64,000 nucleotides of DNA from an uncultured Nitrososphaerota archaeon. GTDB lineage: Archaea > Thermoproteota > Methanomethylicia > Nezhaarchaeales > B40-G2. The position numbers and the translations under genes were made by a program. Below, one piece after another: positions 1 to 8,683 of this stretch. Within the stretch, counting starts at the first letter, position 1. Each line of letters opens with the position of its first letter. The notes under the pieces were generated by a model. The model worked only from the letters and a program-made list of their open reading frames with translations. It did no database searches and had not been told where the DNA came from. The DNA lies in contig CAZVDL010000004.1 in NCBI GenBank assembly GCA_964626365.1, positions 18,178-82,177 of the forward strand, in the 5' to 3' direction.

Positions 1-50
1 AGTGGTTAAAGTTTAAGTTAGTGAGAAAGCTCTTTTTAGCTGGATTAGCG

Positions 51-611
51 ATGAGTGAGGTTAAGCTAAAGGTCGCTGACGTAGCCACCCCCTCGCCGCT
101 TAAGGCGAGACCTGAGGCCACGGTGAGAGAGGCTGCCTCAATGATGGCGGCTGAGGATCAGAGCTGTGTAATAGTGGTTGATAAGGAGGAGAGACCTATA
201 GGCATAGTGACTGAGGGGGACTTGGTTTCAAGGGTTTTAGCTAAGGGGCTCAAGCCCGACGAGGTGAAGCTCGAGGAGGTGATGTCGAAACCGCTGATAA
301 CAGTTAAGCCAACTGACAGCGCTGTAGACGCGCTTAGGATAATGGCTAAGATGAGGGTCAGACACCTAGTGGTCATGGAGAGGGGGAGGCTGAGGGGGAT
401 AGTAACCGATAGGGACATTGTAAGGGTGGCTCCAGCCCTAGTTGAGATCTTAACCGAGAGAGCCTCAATGATGGAGGGGCCTCCCACTATAAAGGAAGGG
501 CTGGCTGGGTATTGCGATAGCTGTGGAGAATGGTCCGATAACCTAGTCCAAATAGACGACCAAATGCTATGCGAGGAATGCCGCCTAGAATACGGCATCG
601 AGAGGGCCTAG
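51..611 (+). CDS. CBS-pair domain protein with C-terminal zinc ribbon
   Basis: ORF 21..611 with first ATG at 51. Two CBS-like repeats (IGIVTEGDLVSRV, RGIVTDRDIVRV) are followed by a CDSCGEW...CEEC tail. Confidence 0.75.
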   Translation: MSEVKLKVADVATPSPLKARPEATVREAASMMAAEDQSCVIVVDKEERPIGIVTEGDLVSRVLAKGLKPDEVKLEEVMSKPLITVKPTDSAVDALRIMAKMRVRHLVVMERGRLRGIVTDRDIVRVAPALVEILTERASMMEGPPTIKEGLAGYCDSCGEWSDNLVQIDDQMLCEECRLEYGIERA

Positions 612-613
612 CC

Positions 614-1123
614 TTGCCCCCCAAAGAGAAGGTCTTGGTCGACGGTATGTGCGGACGGTTAGCTAGATGGTTACGCATGCTAGGCTTCGACGCTAGCTAC
701 GATAAGGAGCTAAGCGATGAGGGGCTGATGTTGAAGGCGGTCGAGGAGGGGAGAGTGCTTGTAACACGCGACGTGGAGCTACATGAAAGAGCGGTTAAGG
801 CTGGTGTTAGGTCGATCCTAGTTAAGAGCCCAGACTACACAGTGCAGTTGGCCTTAGTAGCCACTGCGCTAGGAGGCGAGCTCGAGGTTAACCCAGATAG
901 GTCGAGGTGTCCAGTCTGCAACTCCCCCTTAAGGAAGGTGGGGAAGGAGGAAGTGAAAGGCTTAGTGCCCGAGAAGTCGTTTAACCTGCACGACGAATAC
1001 TGGATGTGTACAGGGTGCTCTAAGGTGTACTGGAGGGGTGCTCACTGGCGAGGGATCTCAAAGGTGCTTGAGAAGGCTAGAGAAATAGCCTATAGAGGCT
1101 TATCGACTGAAGCTTGCTCCTAG
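614..1123 (+). CDS. Mut7-C RNase domain (DUF82, PIN-like) protein with C-terminal zinc ribbon
   Basis: N-terminal VLVDGMCGRLARWLRMLGFDA signature and a CPVCN...CTGC ribbon. The ORF opens at 569 but that overlaps the CBS gene by 43 nt. TTG at 614 lies 2 nt after the CBS stop (609-611). ATG at 647 would cut the conserved N-terminal strand. Confidence 0.7.
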   Translation: MPPKEKVLVDGMCGRLARWLRMLGFDASYDKELSDEGLMLKAVEEGRVLVTRDVELHERAVKAGVRSILVKSPDYTVQLALVATALGGELEVNPDRSRCPVCNSPLRKVGKEEVKGLVPEKSFNLHDEYWMCTGCSKVYWRGAHWRGISKVLEKAREIAYRGLSTEACS

Positions 1124-1302
1124 CTACTGCCACGCACTGCCTAAGCTTGGGTTGCCGCGTAGCCTTTAGGCCGAGCGATCATGAACATGCCCGCCTCGCT
1201 TCATTAAGCGGGAGGCAGCTAAGCAAAACGTGGAGAGTGAAAAGGTTTAGTAGCCTTAAAAGCTAGAGAACAATAACTGAGCAATTAGACTGGGGGGCGG
1301 TT

Positions 1303-1932
1303 TTGAGGTTAGCTGAGGGCGAGTTCTTGGTTAGGTTAGCCAGGAGAGCTGTTGAGGCTTACTTAGCTGAAGGCAAGCAGATTAAGCCACCGCCTGACAC
1401 GCCAGAGAGGTTAATGGAGAAGAGAGGGGTCTTCGTCACGATAAATAGCTTCGAGAACATTGAGGGAAAAGTGTACAAGAGGCTTAGAGGTTGCATAGGA
1501 TACCCTGAGCCCGTGGCTCCGCTAGCTGAGGCCACTATAGACGCCGCTATAAGCTCAGCTACGAGGGACCCCCGCTTCTACCCTTTAACGTTGAAGGAGT
1601 TAAATAACGTCGTCTTCGAGGTGAGCGTGCTCTCGCCGCTCGAATTAATAAAGGTCTCTAAGCCCTCAGATCTACCGAAGAAGATCAAGGTAGGTAGGGA
1701 CGGGTTAGTGGTTGAAAGAGGGATCTTTCGGGGACTGCTGCTGCCGCAAGTGGCCGTGGAGTGGGGCTGGGATGAGGAGACATTCCTCTGCGAAGCTTGT
1801 ATGAAAGCAGGCTTATTCCCTGACGCATGGCTCTTAGAGGGGACCAAGGTATATAGGTTTGAGGCTGAAATCTTCGAGGAACTTGAGCCAGGAGGCAAGG
1901 TTATCAGAAAAGAGTTAACTCCTCACCGTTAA
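1303..1932 (+). CDS. AMMECR1 domain protein
   Basis: LRGCIGYPEP and LLPQVA motifs, about 200 aa, TTG start. Confidence 0.85.
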   Translation: MRLAEGEFLVRLARRAVEAYLAEGKQIKPPPDTPERLMEKRGVFVTINSFENIEGKVYKRLRGCIGYPEPVAPLAEATIDAAISSATRDPRFYPLTLKELNNVVFEVSVLSPLELIKVSKPSDLPKKIKVGRDGLVVERGIFRGLLLPQVAVEWGWDEETFLCEACMKAGLFPDAWLLEGTKVYRFEAEIFEELEPGGKVIRKELTPHR

Positions 1933-1967
1933 CTAAGCTCCACCCCCTTAGCTGGGGAAACCATAAG

Positions 1968-3146
1968 ATGAAGCTATATATAGCGGTCTGCGGCATGGGA
2001 CTAGGCCACGCATCAAGGTGTCTACCGCTAGCTAAAATCGCGTCGTTAAGGGGCGCAGAGGTGGTGTTCTCCACCTACGGCGAGGAGGCCCTCAACCTGA
2101 TTAGAGACAAGGGATTTAGGGCCGTGAAAGTGCCAGGGGTTAGCTACTTAATAGGTAACGAGGGAGGAGTAGATTTTAGGCTCACCTTGGCTAAAGGTCC
2201 TCTCGAGCTCTACAAGTTTATCCGTCAAGTGGTTACCGAGGCCAAGTGCCTAATGTCGGAGAAACCGAGCGTGGTGATTTCAGACTCACGCCTATCAACC
2301 GTGTTGGCCGCGGAGGCCTTAGGCCTACCCTCAATATTAATACTGAACCAGGTTAAGGTGTTGATACCTAGGCGTAGACCCATTGGGCGGTTGGGGCTCA
2401 GGGTTAAGGCGTTCACTGAAAGGATGGGCTGCGAGGTTTTAAGCCTAGGTTGGAGCCGCGCTGAGAGCCTGCTAATAGCTGACTTCCCTCCTCCGTACAC
2501 GATATCTAAGTTGAACTTGGAGCTACCCGCTAAGCTAGAGGTTAAAGCTAAGTTTGTGGGCCCTCTCATTGAGGCGGAGAAGTACATGGCCGTCGACGTG
2601 GAGGAGAAGTTGAGGGTTAAAGAAGAGCTGGGGCTAAGCGATAAGCCCTTAATTCTATTTTCAGCAGGGGGACTCAGTGGTGAGAGGCTGAAGCTGCTTA
2701 GGCTGGTGGTTAGCGCATTTAAGCGGAGGGACGACGTAAACGTAGTGGCCACGGCCAGCACGCCTGGAGGTAAAGTGAGCTTAAAGGTAGGCTCAGTCAC
2801 TGTGCATGGTTGGCTTAGAGATAGGCACCTCCTGTTGAAGGCAGCCGACCTACTAATAACCCATGGAGGCCACACCTCAATAGCCGAAGCCGTATACGCG
2901 GCGACCCCCATGCTAATCATACCGACTCCTGGGCATACTGAGAGGGTTAACAACGCTAGGACGGCTGAGAAGCTTGGCGTGGCTAAGGTGCTTAGCTTAG
3001 AGGACGCTGAGCGCTCATTAGGTAGGGCCGTCGATGAAGTCCTATTAAACGAAGATTACGTTAAGAGGGCTTGGAGTTTAGCTAAGCGGGCGGCCAAGTT
3101 CAACGCGGTGGAAGAGGTCTATCGCGAGGCCCTAAAGTACAGTTAA
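1968..3146 (+). CDS. Glycosyltransferase, GT1/GT28 (MurG/UDP-glycosyltransferase-like) family
   Basis: N-terminal GMGLGHASR loop and C-terminal THGGHTSIAEAVYAATPMLIIP nucleotide-sugar binding motif. Confidence 0.7.
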   Translation: MKLYIAVCGMGLGHASRCLPLAKIASLRGAEVVFSTYGEEALNLIRDKGFRAVKVPGVSYLIGNEGGVDFRLTLAKGPLELYKFIRQVVTEAKCLMSEKPSVVISDSRLSTVLAAEALGLPSILILNQVKVLIPRRRPIGRLGLRVKAFTERMGCEVLSLGWSRAESLLIADFPPPYTISKLNLELPAKLEVKAKFVGPLIEAEKYMAVDVEEKLRVKEELGLSDKPLILFSAGGLSGERLKLLRLVVSAFKRRDDVNVVATASTPGGKVSLKVGSVTVHGWLRDRHLLLKAADLLITHGGHTSIAEAVYAATPMLIIPTPGHTERVNNARTAEKLGVAKVLSLEDAERSLGRAVDEVLLNEDYVKRAWSLAKRAAKFNAVEEVYREALKYS

Positions 3147-3931
3147 AAGCAGAAGTCTACGTCCACCCCCTCATCCTTACAAAGCTTGATTAAGTGGAGC
3201 CTCAGCTCCTCGTAGTAGCGTGCGCTGAGAGCTCTACGCTTAAAGTCCGCGCCTTCACCGAGAGCCGCCGCCACTTTATCGACTAGGCGCGTGTCATGGG
3301 CCCTAAATTTGTCGACCACTACCCTCTTACACCTACGCTGCTTAATCTCCTTAATCAGCTCCTTAAGCTCCAGCTCCGCTACCCCCGGCATTAACGGGCC
3401 TAGGAATACGTAGGTAGTTAAGCCTAGCTCGCCAGCCTCCTCGATGGCCCCCAGCCTCTCATAGGGGCTAGGGGCTTTAGGCTCAAGCTCCCTGTGCCTA
3501 TTGAGGGTAGTGATCGTTACACCTACCTCGCACCTCTTCAGCCTACCCAGTAGGTCTAGGTCTCTCCTAAGTAATGGAGACTTAGTGAGCAGAACCGCGT
3601 ACAGCCCTCCATCGATTAACGCCTCTAAGCTGAGCCTAGTCAACCTGTACTTGGCCTCTATAGGCTGGTAAGGATCCGTTATGCTGCTAATTAACACGGT
3701 GGCTGGTTGACTAACTCTACGTACCTCGTGCTTAAGTAGCCTGGGAAGGTTGATCTTGACGTCTACGAAGTGGCCCCACAACCTGCCTCTAAGTAAGCGT
3801 GGATAGAGGTAGGGTACGTAGCAGTAGGTACATGCATGCTGACAGCCCACGTAGGGGTTTAAGGAGAAGTCTACGCTATAGATGCCGCTGGGGCTTAGTG
3901 CCCTCTTAACCTTAACCTCCCTAACGTCCAA
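3143..3931 (-). CDS. Radical SAM protein, SplB/DNA-repair-photolyase-like (COG1533-type)
   Basis: CQHACTYC CxxxCxxC cluster near the N-terminus, about 260 aa, TTG start at 3931. Confidence 0.75.
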   Translation of the reverse strand: MDVREVKVKRALSPSGIYSVDFSLNPYVGCQHACTYCYVPYLYPRLLRGRLWGHFVDVKINLPRLLKHEVRRVSQPATVLISSITDPYQPIEAKYRLTRLSLEALIDGGLYAVLLTKSPLLRRDLDLLGRLKRCEVGVTITTLNRHRELEPKAPSPYERLGAIEEAGELGLTTYVFLGPLMPGVAELELKELIKEIKQRRCKRVVVDKFRAHDTRLVDKVAAALGEGADFKRRALSARYYEELRLHLIKLCKDEGVDVDFCF

Positions 3932-3946
3932 GCTCAGCTACCACCG

Positions 3947-3962
3947 ATAAAGTAAATAGTTA
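3947..3962. promoter_or_regulatory. Single AT-rich TATA-like box shared by divergent genes
   Basis: GATAAAGTAAATAGTT is the only AT-rich element between the TTG at 3931 (minus) and the ATG at 3987 (plus). It lies about 16-31 nt from each start, consistent with near-leaderless divergent transcripts. Confidence 0.4.
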
Positions 3963-3986
3963 GAGTTGCGCGTTAAAGGACAGGCG

Positions 3987-5360
3987 ATGGTTAAAGCTAA
4001 GAAGACTAAGTTTGTTAAGGTAGTTAAACGGAGGCTGCCTTGGCTGGAGCACTTAATAGAGCGCGAGGACGTGGCTAGGGACCTTAACTTAGAGGATACG
4101 CTGGCTACGAGAGTGCCTAGAGGAAGCTTATGTGTATACTGTAAGGCGTCCAAAATGCTCTGCGGCAAGCCCTCCTGCCCTATCCTAGTTAAGCTTAGGT
4201 GTTACATTAAGGTTGAGCCCAGTCTTAGAGGTTTAAGCGTCGAGGGCTCCTCCCCTCCAGCGGTCTTCGTAGGTAGGAGGGGCTACCCATACGTGAACGT
4301 AGGTCCTTTAGTGCCTCCTATGCGTGGGGACACTAGCTTGTATGATAGCCCCGAGCGCTGGCTCGAGGCTAACGTTAGCCTCGAGGACGTCGTAGACATG
4401 AGGATGAAGCTAGTTAGGGGGAAAGTTAAGGCCCGTGTAGACGAGGCGGATGAGCCTAGAGGGGTCCTACAGACTCTGCAGGAGATGGTTCTATCCTCTA
4501 GGCCCGTTGACGCGGAGATGCAACTTAAGAGGAGGCCCTTAGCCAGCTTGATCTTAGATGACGACGTACAGCCCATAGGCCCCTCCGCTCCCATGGAGGA
4601 GCTTAGAGTAGAGGCTGTAAGCACGTATAGGCTGCTTGAGAAAGTCTACGGAGACGTGGACTTAAAGGCGGAGGAGGCCATCTTAGAGCTGTATCGTAGG
4701 GGGACCCCAGTGACCTATATTCAACGGGCCCTGAGCGTAGGGATGATGGGCTTGAAGGGACGTAGGAAGCTGGTACCTACTAGGTGGAGCATAACCGCGG
4801 TTGATAGCATAGTTTCGCGTAGGTTAATAGACGAGGTCGTTAAGAGGTCAGAAGAGGTCGCCGAGTTTAGGGTGTACTCGCTGACAGTCATGGGGAACGA
4901 GTTCATCGTGCTAATGATACCCGGGAAGTGGAGCTACGAGTCCATAGAAGCATGGTACCCTGGAACTGCCTGGAACCCAGATCAAGAGTCCCTAGCCTTC
5001 TGCGGCGACTGGGAGGGATATTGGGGTAGGAGTAGCTATGCGTCTATGGGGGGCTGCTACTACGCTGCTAGGTTAGCTGTAGCTGAGGCCTTGGCTAGGG
5101 AGCATAGACAGGCGCAAGTCTTAGTATTACGTGAAGCCAGACCAGGCTACATCATGCCAGTGGGAGTATGGATAGTTAGAGAGGCCGTCCGCGAGGCTTT
5201 AAGAAGAAAGCCCGAGGTCTTCGATACAGCCCAGGAGGCCTTAGAGCATGCGTTTAAGAGGTTAATGATAAGGCCGGAGGAGTGGTTTAAGGTCAGTTGG
5301 ACCCTCGACTCCCTAGTTAAGCAGGAGAAGATAACGAAGTACCTGGAGAGGAAGGCTTAA
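3987..5360 (+). CDS. Nre-family (NreA-like) DNA-repair-associated protein
   Basis: CVYCKASKMLCGKPSCP cysteine motif near the N-terminus and about 450 aa length, as I recall for archaeal Nre_N/Nre_C proteins. ORF opens at TTG 3966; ATG 3987 fits the TATA spacing better. Confidence 0.6.
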   Translation: MVKAKKTKFVKVVKRRLPWLEHLIEREDVARDLNLEDTLATRVPRGSLCVYCKASKMLCGKPSCPILVKLRCYIKVEPSLRGLSVEGSSPPAVFVGRRGYPYVNVGPLVPPMRGDTSLYDSPERWLEANVSLEDVVDMRMKLVRGKVKARVDEADEPRGVLQTLQEMVLSSRPVDAEMQLKRRPLASLILDDDVQPIGPSAPMEELRVEAVSTYRLLEKVYGDVDLKAEEAILELYRRGTPVTYIQRALSVGMMGLKGRRKLVPTRWSITAVDSIVSRRLIDEVVKRSEEVAEFRVYSLTVMGNEFIVLMIPGKWSYESIEAWYPGTAWNPDQESLAFCGDWEGYWGRSSYASMGGCYYAARLAVAEALAREHRQAQVLVLREARPGYIMPVGVWIVREAVREALRRKPEVFDTAQEALEHAFKRLMIRPEEWFKVSWTLDSLVKQEKITKYLERKA

Positions 5361-5386
5361 AAAAGGCTTAGTGGGAGGGTAGCCAC

Positions 5387-5566
5387 GTGAGCTGCTTAGG
5401 ATGTCCGATATGCCCCATAGGCTGGGTGGAGCTAGAGTACTTTAAGTGTCGCAGGTGCGGCAACGTGTGGTTGGACGACCCCCTCGACGCTGATGCATGG
5501 AGGTGCCCCAGCTGTAACGCTGAAGGAGATGAAGTAGAGCTCATTAAGGACGTAGATAAAACCTAA
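5387..5566 (+). CDS. Small zinc-ribbon protein (59 aa), not in the ORF track
   Basis: My translation: VSCLGCPICPIGWVELEYFKCRRCGNVWLDDPLDADAWRCPSCNAEGDEVELIKDVDKT*. It has CxxCxxC, CxxC and CxxC motifs, a GTG start and GGGAGGG 8 nt upstream. An in-frame TAG at 5369-5371 bounds the ORF. Confidence 0.45.
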   Translation: MSCLGCPICPIGWVELEYFKCRRCGNVWLDDPLDADAWRCPSCNAEGDEVELIKDVDKT

Positions 5567-5921
5567 ACACACATTCTTGGGCGCTAGGTCTTCTTTGAAT
5601 TCTCTCAACCTTAAAGTTAGGGTCTACCTGCTTAGCCATGGCCTCGGCCATAGGTAAACATGCCTCCTCGCACCAAGCAGGGTAGATGGCGTAGACAGGG
5701 CACGTACTCCTGGTCTCGAGGATTACCCCCTCACCAGCTCTCTGAATGGTTGAGGTTATGTTCATGAACCTCGAGAGTATAACCTTAAGTGAGCTGTCTA
5801 GTCTCTCGATAGGCTCGCTGCCCTCTATCTCCTCGAGGGCCGCCTTCATTAACGAGGACCCTACTGCCCTACCAAGTATGGATAGAAAAGTAGGCATCAA
5901 AGTGAGAGATTTTGTGAGCAC
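5544..5921 (-). CDS. Hypothetical Cys-containing protein (possibly V4R-like ligand-binding fold)
   Basis: 125-aa ORF with local codon usage. The weak V4R resemblance is from memory only. Confidence 0.35.
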   Translation of the reverse strand: MLTKSLTLMPTFLSILGRAVGSSLMKAALEEIEGSEPIERLDSSLKVILSRFMNITSTIQRAGEGVILETRSTCPVYAIYPAWCEEACLPMAEAMAKQVDPNFKVERIQRRPSAQECVFRFYLRP

Positions 5922-6170
5922 CTTTTTAAGTTGTTTGCAGGTTATCTATGGTCCCGGATAGGTCTAAGGTTGAATTTTAGGCTAATAACCTATAACTTAA
6001 GGACTCGCTTTGATGGTTGAGGACCGAGCATGATAAGTCTCCGCAACTGGTCTAAGGAAAGCTAGTCGCGTGCAAGTTACGTTTAAGGAAGAATCTCTTT
6101 TTAGCGAAACATTTTAGCTTTAGAGACGACTATACTTCGTAGGGCCCCTAGTAACCCTGGAGGATACTAT

Positions 6171-7046
6171 ATGAAGTTCTATGAATTCCGCAGTTTAAAC
6201 ATGCCAGTTTTGACGAGTGAGGCTGCTCAAGAACTCTTAAAGGCTAAGGAGGCTGGTGTAAGCAACTTACCTTTAACCTTCAACTTAGGGCTGACTAAGA
6301 CCATGGCTGAGCTAAGAGGCGATGGAGTAGTTATAGAGGGACATTTTGTGCCCTACGAGGACTTAAGGTGGGCTTTAAAGGATGAGGACGCGTTATACAT
6401 AGTTGAGCCGCCCGGTAAGCTGCGTAAGGCCGTCCTCTTCGCTGAAGGCAAATTCTATAAGTTAAAGAAGATAGCTGAGGATAAAGCCCCTACCCTAGAG
6501 ATCAACGGGATACACATGCACCGAGTAGAGGGGACTACCCCTTGGGAAGACGCTAAGTCGAAGGTTGAAGCCGCTAACTTACGCAAAGGAGCTAAGGTTT
6601 TAGACGTCTGCACAGGTCTAGGCTACACGGCAATCATAACGCTTAGGAAGGGCGCCTCTGAGGTCTGGACGGTCGAAAAGGACGTAAACGTGCTTAGAAT
6701 GGCTGAAGCTAATCCGTGGTCTAAAGGGCTTGAAAGCCCACAAATAAGGAAGATACTAGGCGACGCCACAGAGACCATAACAGAGTTTGGCAATGAAGAG
6801 TTTAATGTCATAATCCACGACCCACCAACCATAACTCAAGCAGGCGAGCTATATGGAGCCGACTTTTACAAGGAGTTATATCGCGTATTAAAGAAGGGGG
6901 GCACCCTATACCATTACACAGGGGCTCCAGGCTCTAGGAGCAGGGGCATAGATATAGTCCAAGGAGTCTCTAGGAGGCTTAAGATGGTGGGCTTCACGGT
7001 GAAGATTGTCCGAGAGCTTATGGGAGTTATTGCTTTTAAGGATTAA
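6171..7046 (+). CDS. Class I SAM-dependent methyltransferase (archaeal COG2521-like)
   Basis: Motif I VLDVCTGLGYT and motif IV IIHDPP. Confidence 0.75.
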   Translation: MKFYEFRSLNMPVLTSEAAQELLKAKEAGVSNLPLTFNLGLTKTMAELRGDGVVIEGHFVPYEDLRWALKDEDALYIVEPPGKLRKAVLFAEGKFYKLKKIAEDKAPTLEINGIHMHRVEGTTPWEDAKSKVEAANLRKGAKVLDVCTGLGYTAIITLRKGASEVWTVEKDVNVLRMAEANPWSKGLESPQIRKILGDATETITEFGNEEFNVIIHDPPTITQAGELYGADFYKELYRVLKKGGTLYHYTGAPGSRSRGIDIVQGVSRRLKMVGFTVKIVRELMGVIAFKD

Positions 7047-7104
7047 TCGCGATAGTTGAACAGCCGAGAAAACTTTTAGTTAACTAGGTTCGTTAAGAAG
7101 GTCG

Positions 7105-7467
7105 ATGAGCGAGGGGCTTGCCGAAGACTTAGCCTCAGTCTCTGATCTAAGAGAGTTAGCTAAGTGTGCCTTAGGGCTACAGGATGTTGAGCTGCAGGCT
7201 TACATAGCTCTACTGCGTAGAGGGAGGATGACGGTAAAGGAGCTAACTAAGGTGCTCGGTAAAAGCAGGCCGACGGTGCAAAGAGCTGTTAAGAATCTCG
7301 TTAACAGGGGTTTGGCCGTTAGGAAGGAGGGTATCATAAGTAGGGGGGGTTATTACTACATTTACGAGGCAGCTCCTCCAGAGAAAGTTAAGATGATGAT
7401 TAAGGCTAAGCTCGATGAGTACTATAATAAGGTGCTTAAGATATTGGAGATGGAGGAGTTTAAGTAA
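7105..7467 (+). CDS. Winged-helix transcriptional regulator (TrmB/MarR-like)
   Basis: LQDVELQAYIALLRRGRMTVKELTKVLGKSRPTVQRAVKNLVNRGL HTH-wing pattern. Confidence 0.7.
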   Translation: MSEGLAEDLASVSDLRELAKCALGLQDVELQAYIALLRRGRMTVKELTKVLGKSRPTVQRAVKNLVNRGLAVRKEGIISRGGYYYIYEAAPPEKVKMMIKAKLDEYYNKVLKILEMEEFK

Positions 7468-7796
7468 TGAGGATCAAGGTCGAGGAAGAGGCGATTTTCA
7501 AGGTTAAAGGAGGTAAGGTTAAGGTGGATTTAGTCGAGGACGTATATGAATGGACGCTATGCTGTTATGGAGAGGCCTGCGTCATAAAGCCTAGGGTGGT
7601 CGTGGAGGAGGTCGATGACGTGAAGGGACTGGTTAAGCTAGGCGAGGATAGAGGAGTCGAAGTCTACGCGAGGCCAAACCTAGCTGATAAACTGGACGAA
7701 GAGTTAACCATATGCGTAAATGAGGAAGGTGAGCTTGTCGCTAAGGGCTTAAGGACCGAGATTTCATTCAACGTAAAGCGAGCTCCCACCTTGTGA
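7467..7796 (+). CDS. Hypothetical small protein with a CC..C motif
   Basis: 109 aa, beta-rich, with a TLCCYGEAC motif. Its ATG overlaps the upstream TAA (TAATG at 7465-7469) and GGAGGAG lies upstream. Confidence 0.5.
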   Translation: MRIKVEEEAIFKVKGGKVKVDLVEDVYEWTLCCYGEACVIKPRVVVEEVDDVKGLVKLGEDRGVEVYARPNLADKLDEELTICVNEEGELVAKGLRTEISFNVKRAPTL

Positions 7797-8449
7797 GGGA
7801 GGCCTTGAAGACTACGCTGAGCCTTGAGGTACATAGAAGACTAGTCGAGGACTTGGGGGTCTCTGCTAAGGCGGCTCTAATATTGAGCCGCTTACTTGAA
7901 AAAGGTAAGACCACGGTGAGGACTGTAGAGTTGTTGGCGTTAATGGAGGAGGAGGGGTTAAGCGAGGAGGACTTGGAGGAGGCCTTAATAGAGCTTGAAG
8001 GGCTTAGAGCGCTACTGCCCGCTAGGTCTAAGGTGGGTAGAGGGTTAGCGTGGGAGTTTAGGGTGCTTAGCTTAAGGGTGGACGAGGAGTTCGAGATGCC
8101 TCTATCAATTTACTACGCCCTCGAGGGGCTAGCCTCTACAGGCACATGGAGCTACGAGTACGCAGCTCAGCGATACTTTGAGGCTATAAAGGAGCCCCTA
8201 GCCGATCTATTCATTGACGCCCTAAAGAGGCTGCTATCCAAGTGTACAGCTATGATGGTGAGCGCCGAGGATATAAAGGAGGCCGTGGTGGAGGCAGGTC
8301 TGCCCATCGAGAAGGTAGGCATCTTCATCTCAGAGCTTAAGGGTGGAGGTTTTATAAGCCCCATTATAACCATGACCCAGCTACAGCGCTCAATCAGAAG
8401 TCCACTCTATGAATTAAACCCCCTCTTATTTAGGAGAAGTGGAGGTTAA
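7793..8449 (+). CDS. Hypothetical protein with N-terminal wHTH-like region
   Basis: 218 aa. Its GTG start overlaps the upstream TGA (GTGA at 7793-7796). Confidence 0.5.
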   Translation: MREALKTTLSLEVHRRLVEDLGVSAKAALILSRLLEKGKTTVRTVELLALMEEEGLSEEDLEEALIELEGLRALLPARSKVGRGLAWEFRVLSLRVDEEFEMPLSIYYALEGLASTGTWSYEYAAQRYFEAIKEPLADLFIDALKRLLSKCTAMMVSAEDIKEAVVEAGLPIEKVGIFISELKGGGFISPIITMTQLQRSIRSPLYELNPLLFRRSGG

Positions 8450-8683
8450 CGCGACCTTAAAGTCGGGGTAGAGCGTCTTAAGGACGCTCAAGACGATGAC
8501 AAGGTCCTTGTCATCCATGCATATTAAATGCAGCTTCTCAAGCTTAGGCTCCATGAGTATCACGTAGGCAAAGCCTTCACCGTCCCCCTTAGCTACGAGG
8601 TATTCATACGAGTGTCTTCTTACGTAGAAGCCGGCTCTCCTTAACTCTCGCGATAAGGCATTAAGGTCAAGCTGAGCTGGCAT
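8426..8683 (-). CDS. Hypothetical 85-aa protein, last gene of the suf operon
   Basis: Its ATG (8683-8681) directly abuts the TAG stop (8686-8684) of the SufB/D gene. Confidence 0.5.
   Translation of the reverse strand: MPAQLDLNALSRELRRAGFYVRRHSYEYLVAKGDGEGFAYVILMEPKLEKLHLICMDDKDLVIVLSVLKTLYPDFKVALTSTSPK

Noticed and set aside
1124-1302. 179-bp gap with an imperfect hairpin (GCCTCGC...GCGGGAGGC, about 1186-1210), considered as a possible ncRNA or terminator.
   Set aside because: The stem is only 5 bp plus a bulged 2 bp. There is no T tract and no C/D or H/ACA boxes. It is more simply the promoter and leader region of the AMMECR1 gene.
5995-6060. Possible C/D-box sRNA (TTGATGG ... ATGATAA ... 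CTGG) in the 249-bp gap before the methyltransferase gene. A duplicated GGTCTAAGG 9-mer also occurs at about 5961 and 6048.
   Set aside because: Every box deviates from RUGAUGA/CUGA, no D' box lies at the expected 12-nt spacing, and there is no terminal stem. The gap also has two TTTTAGC TATA-like boxes that explain part of it as divergent promoters.
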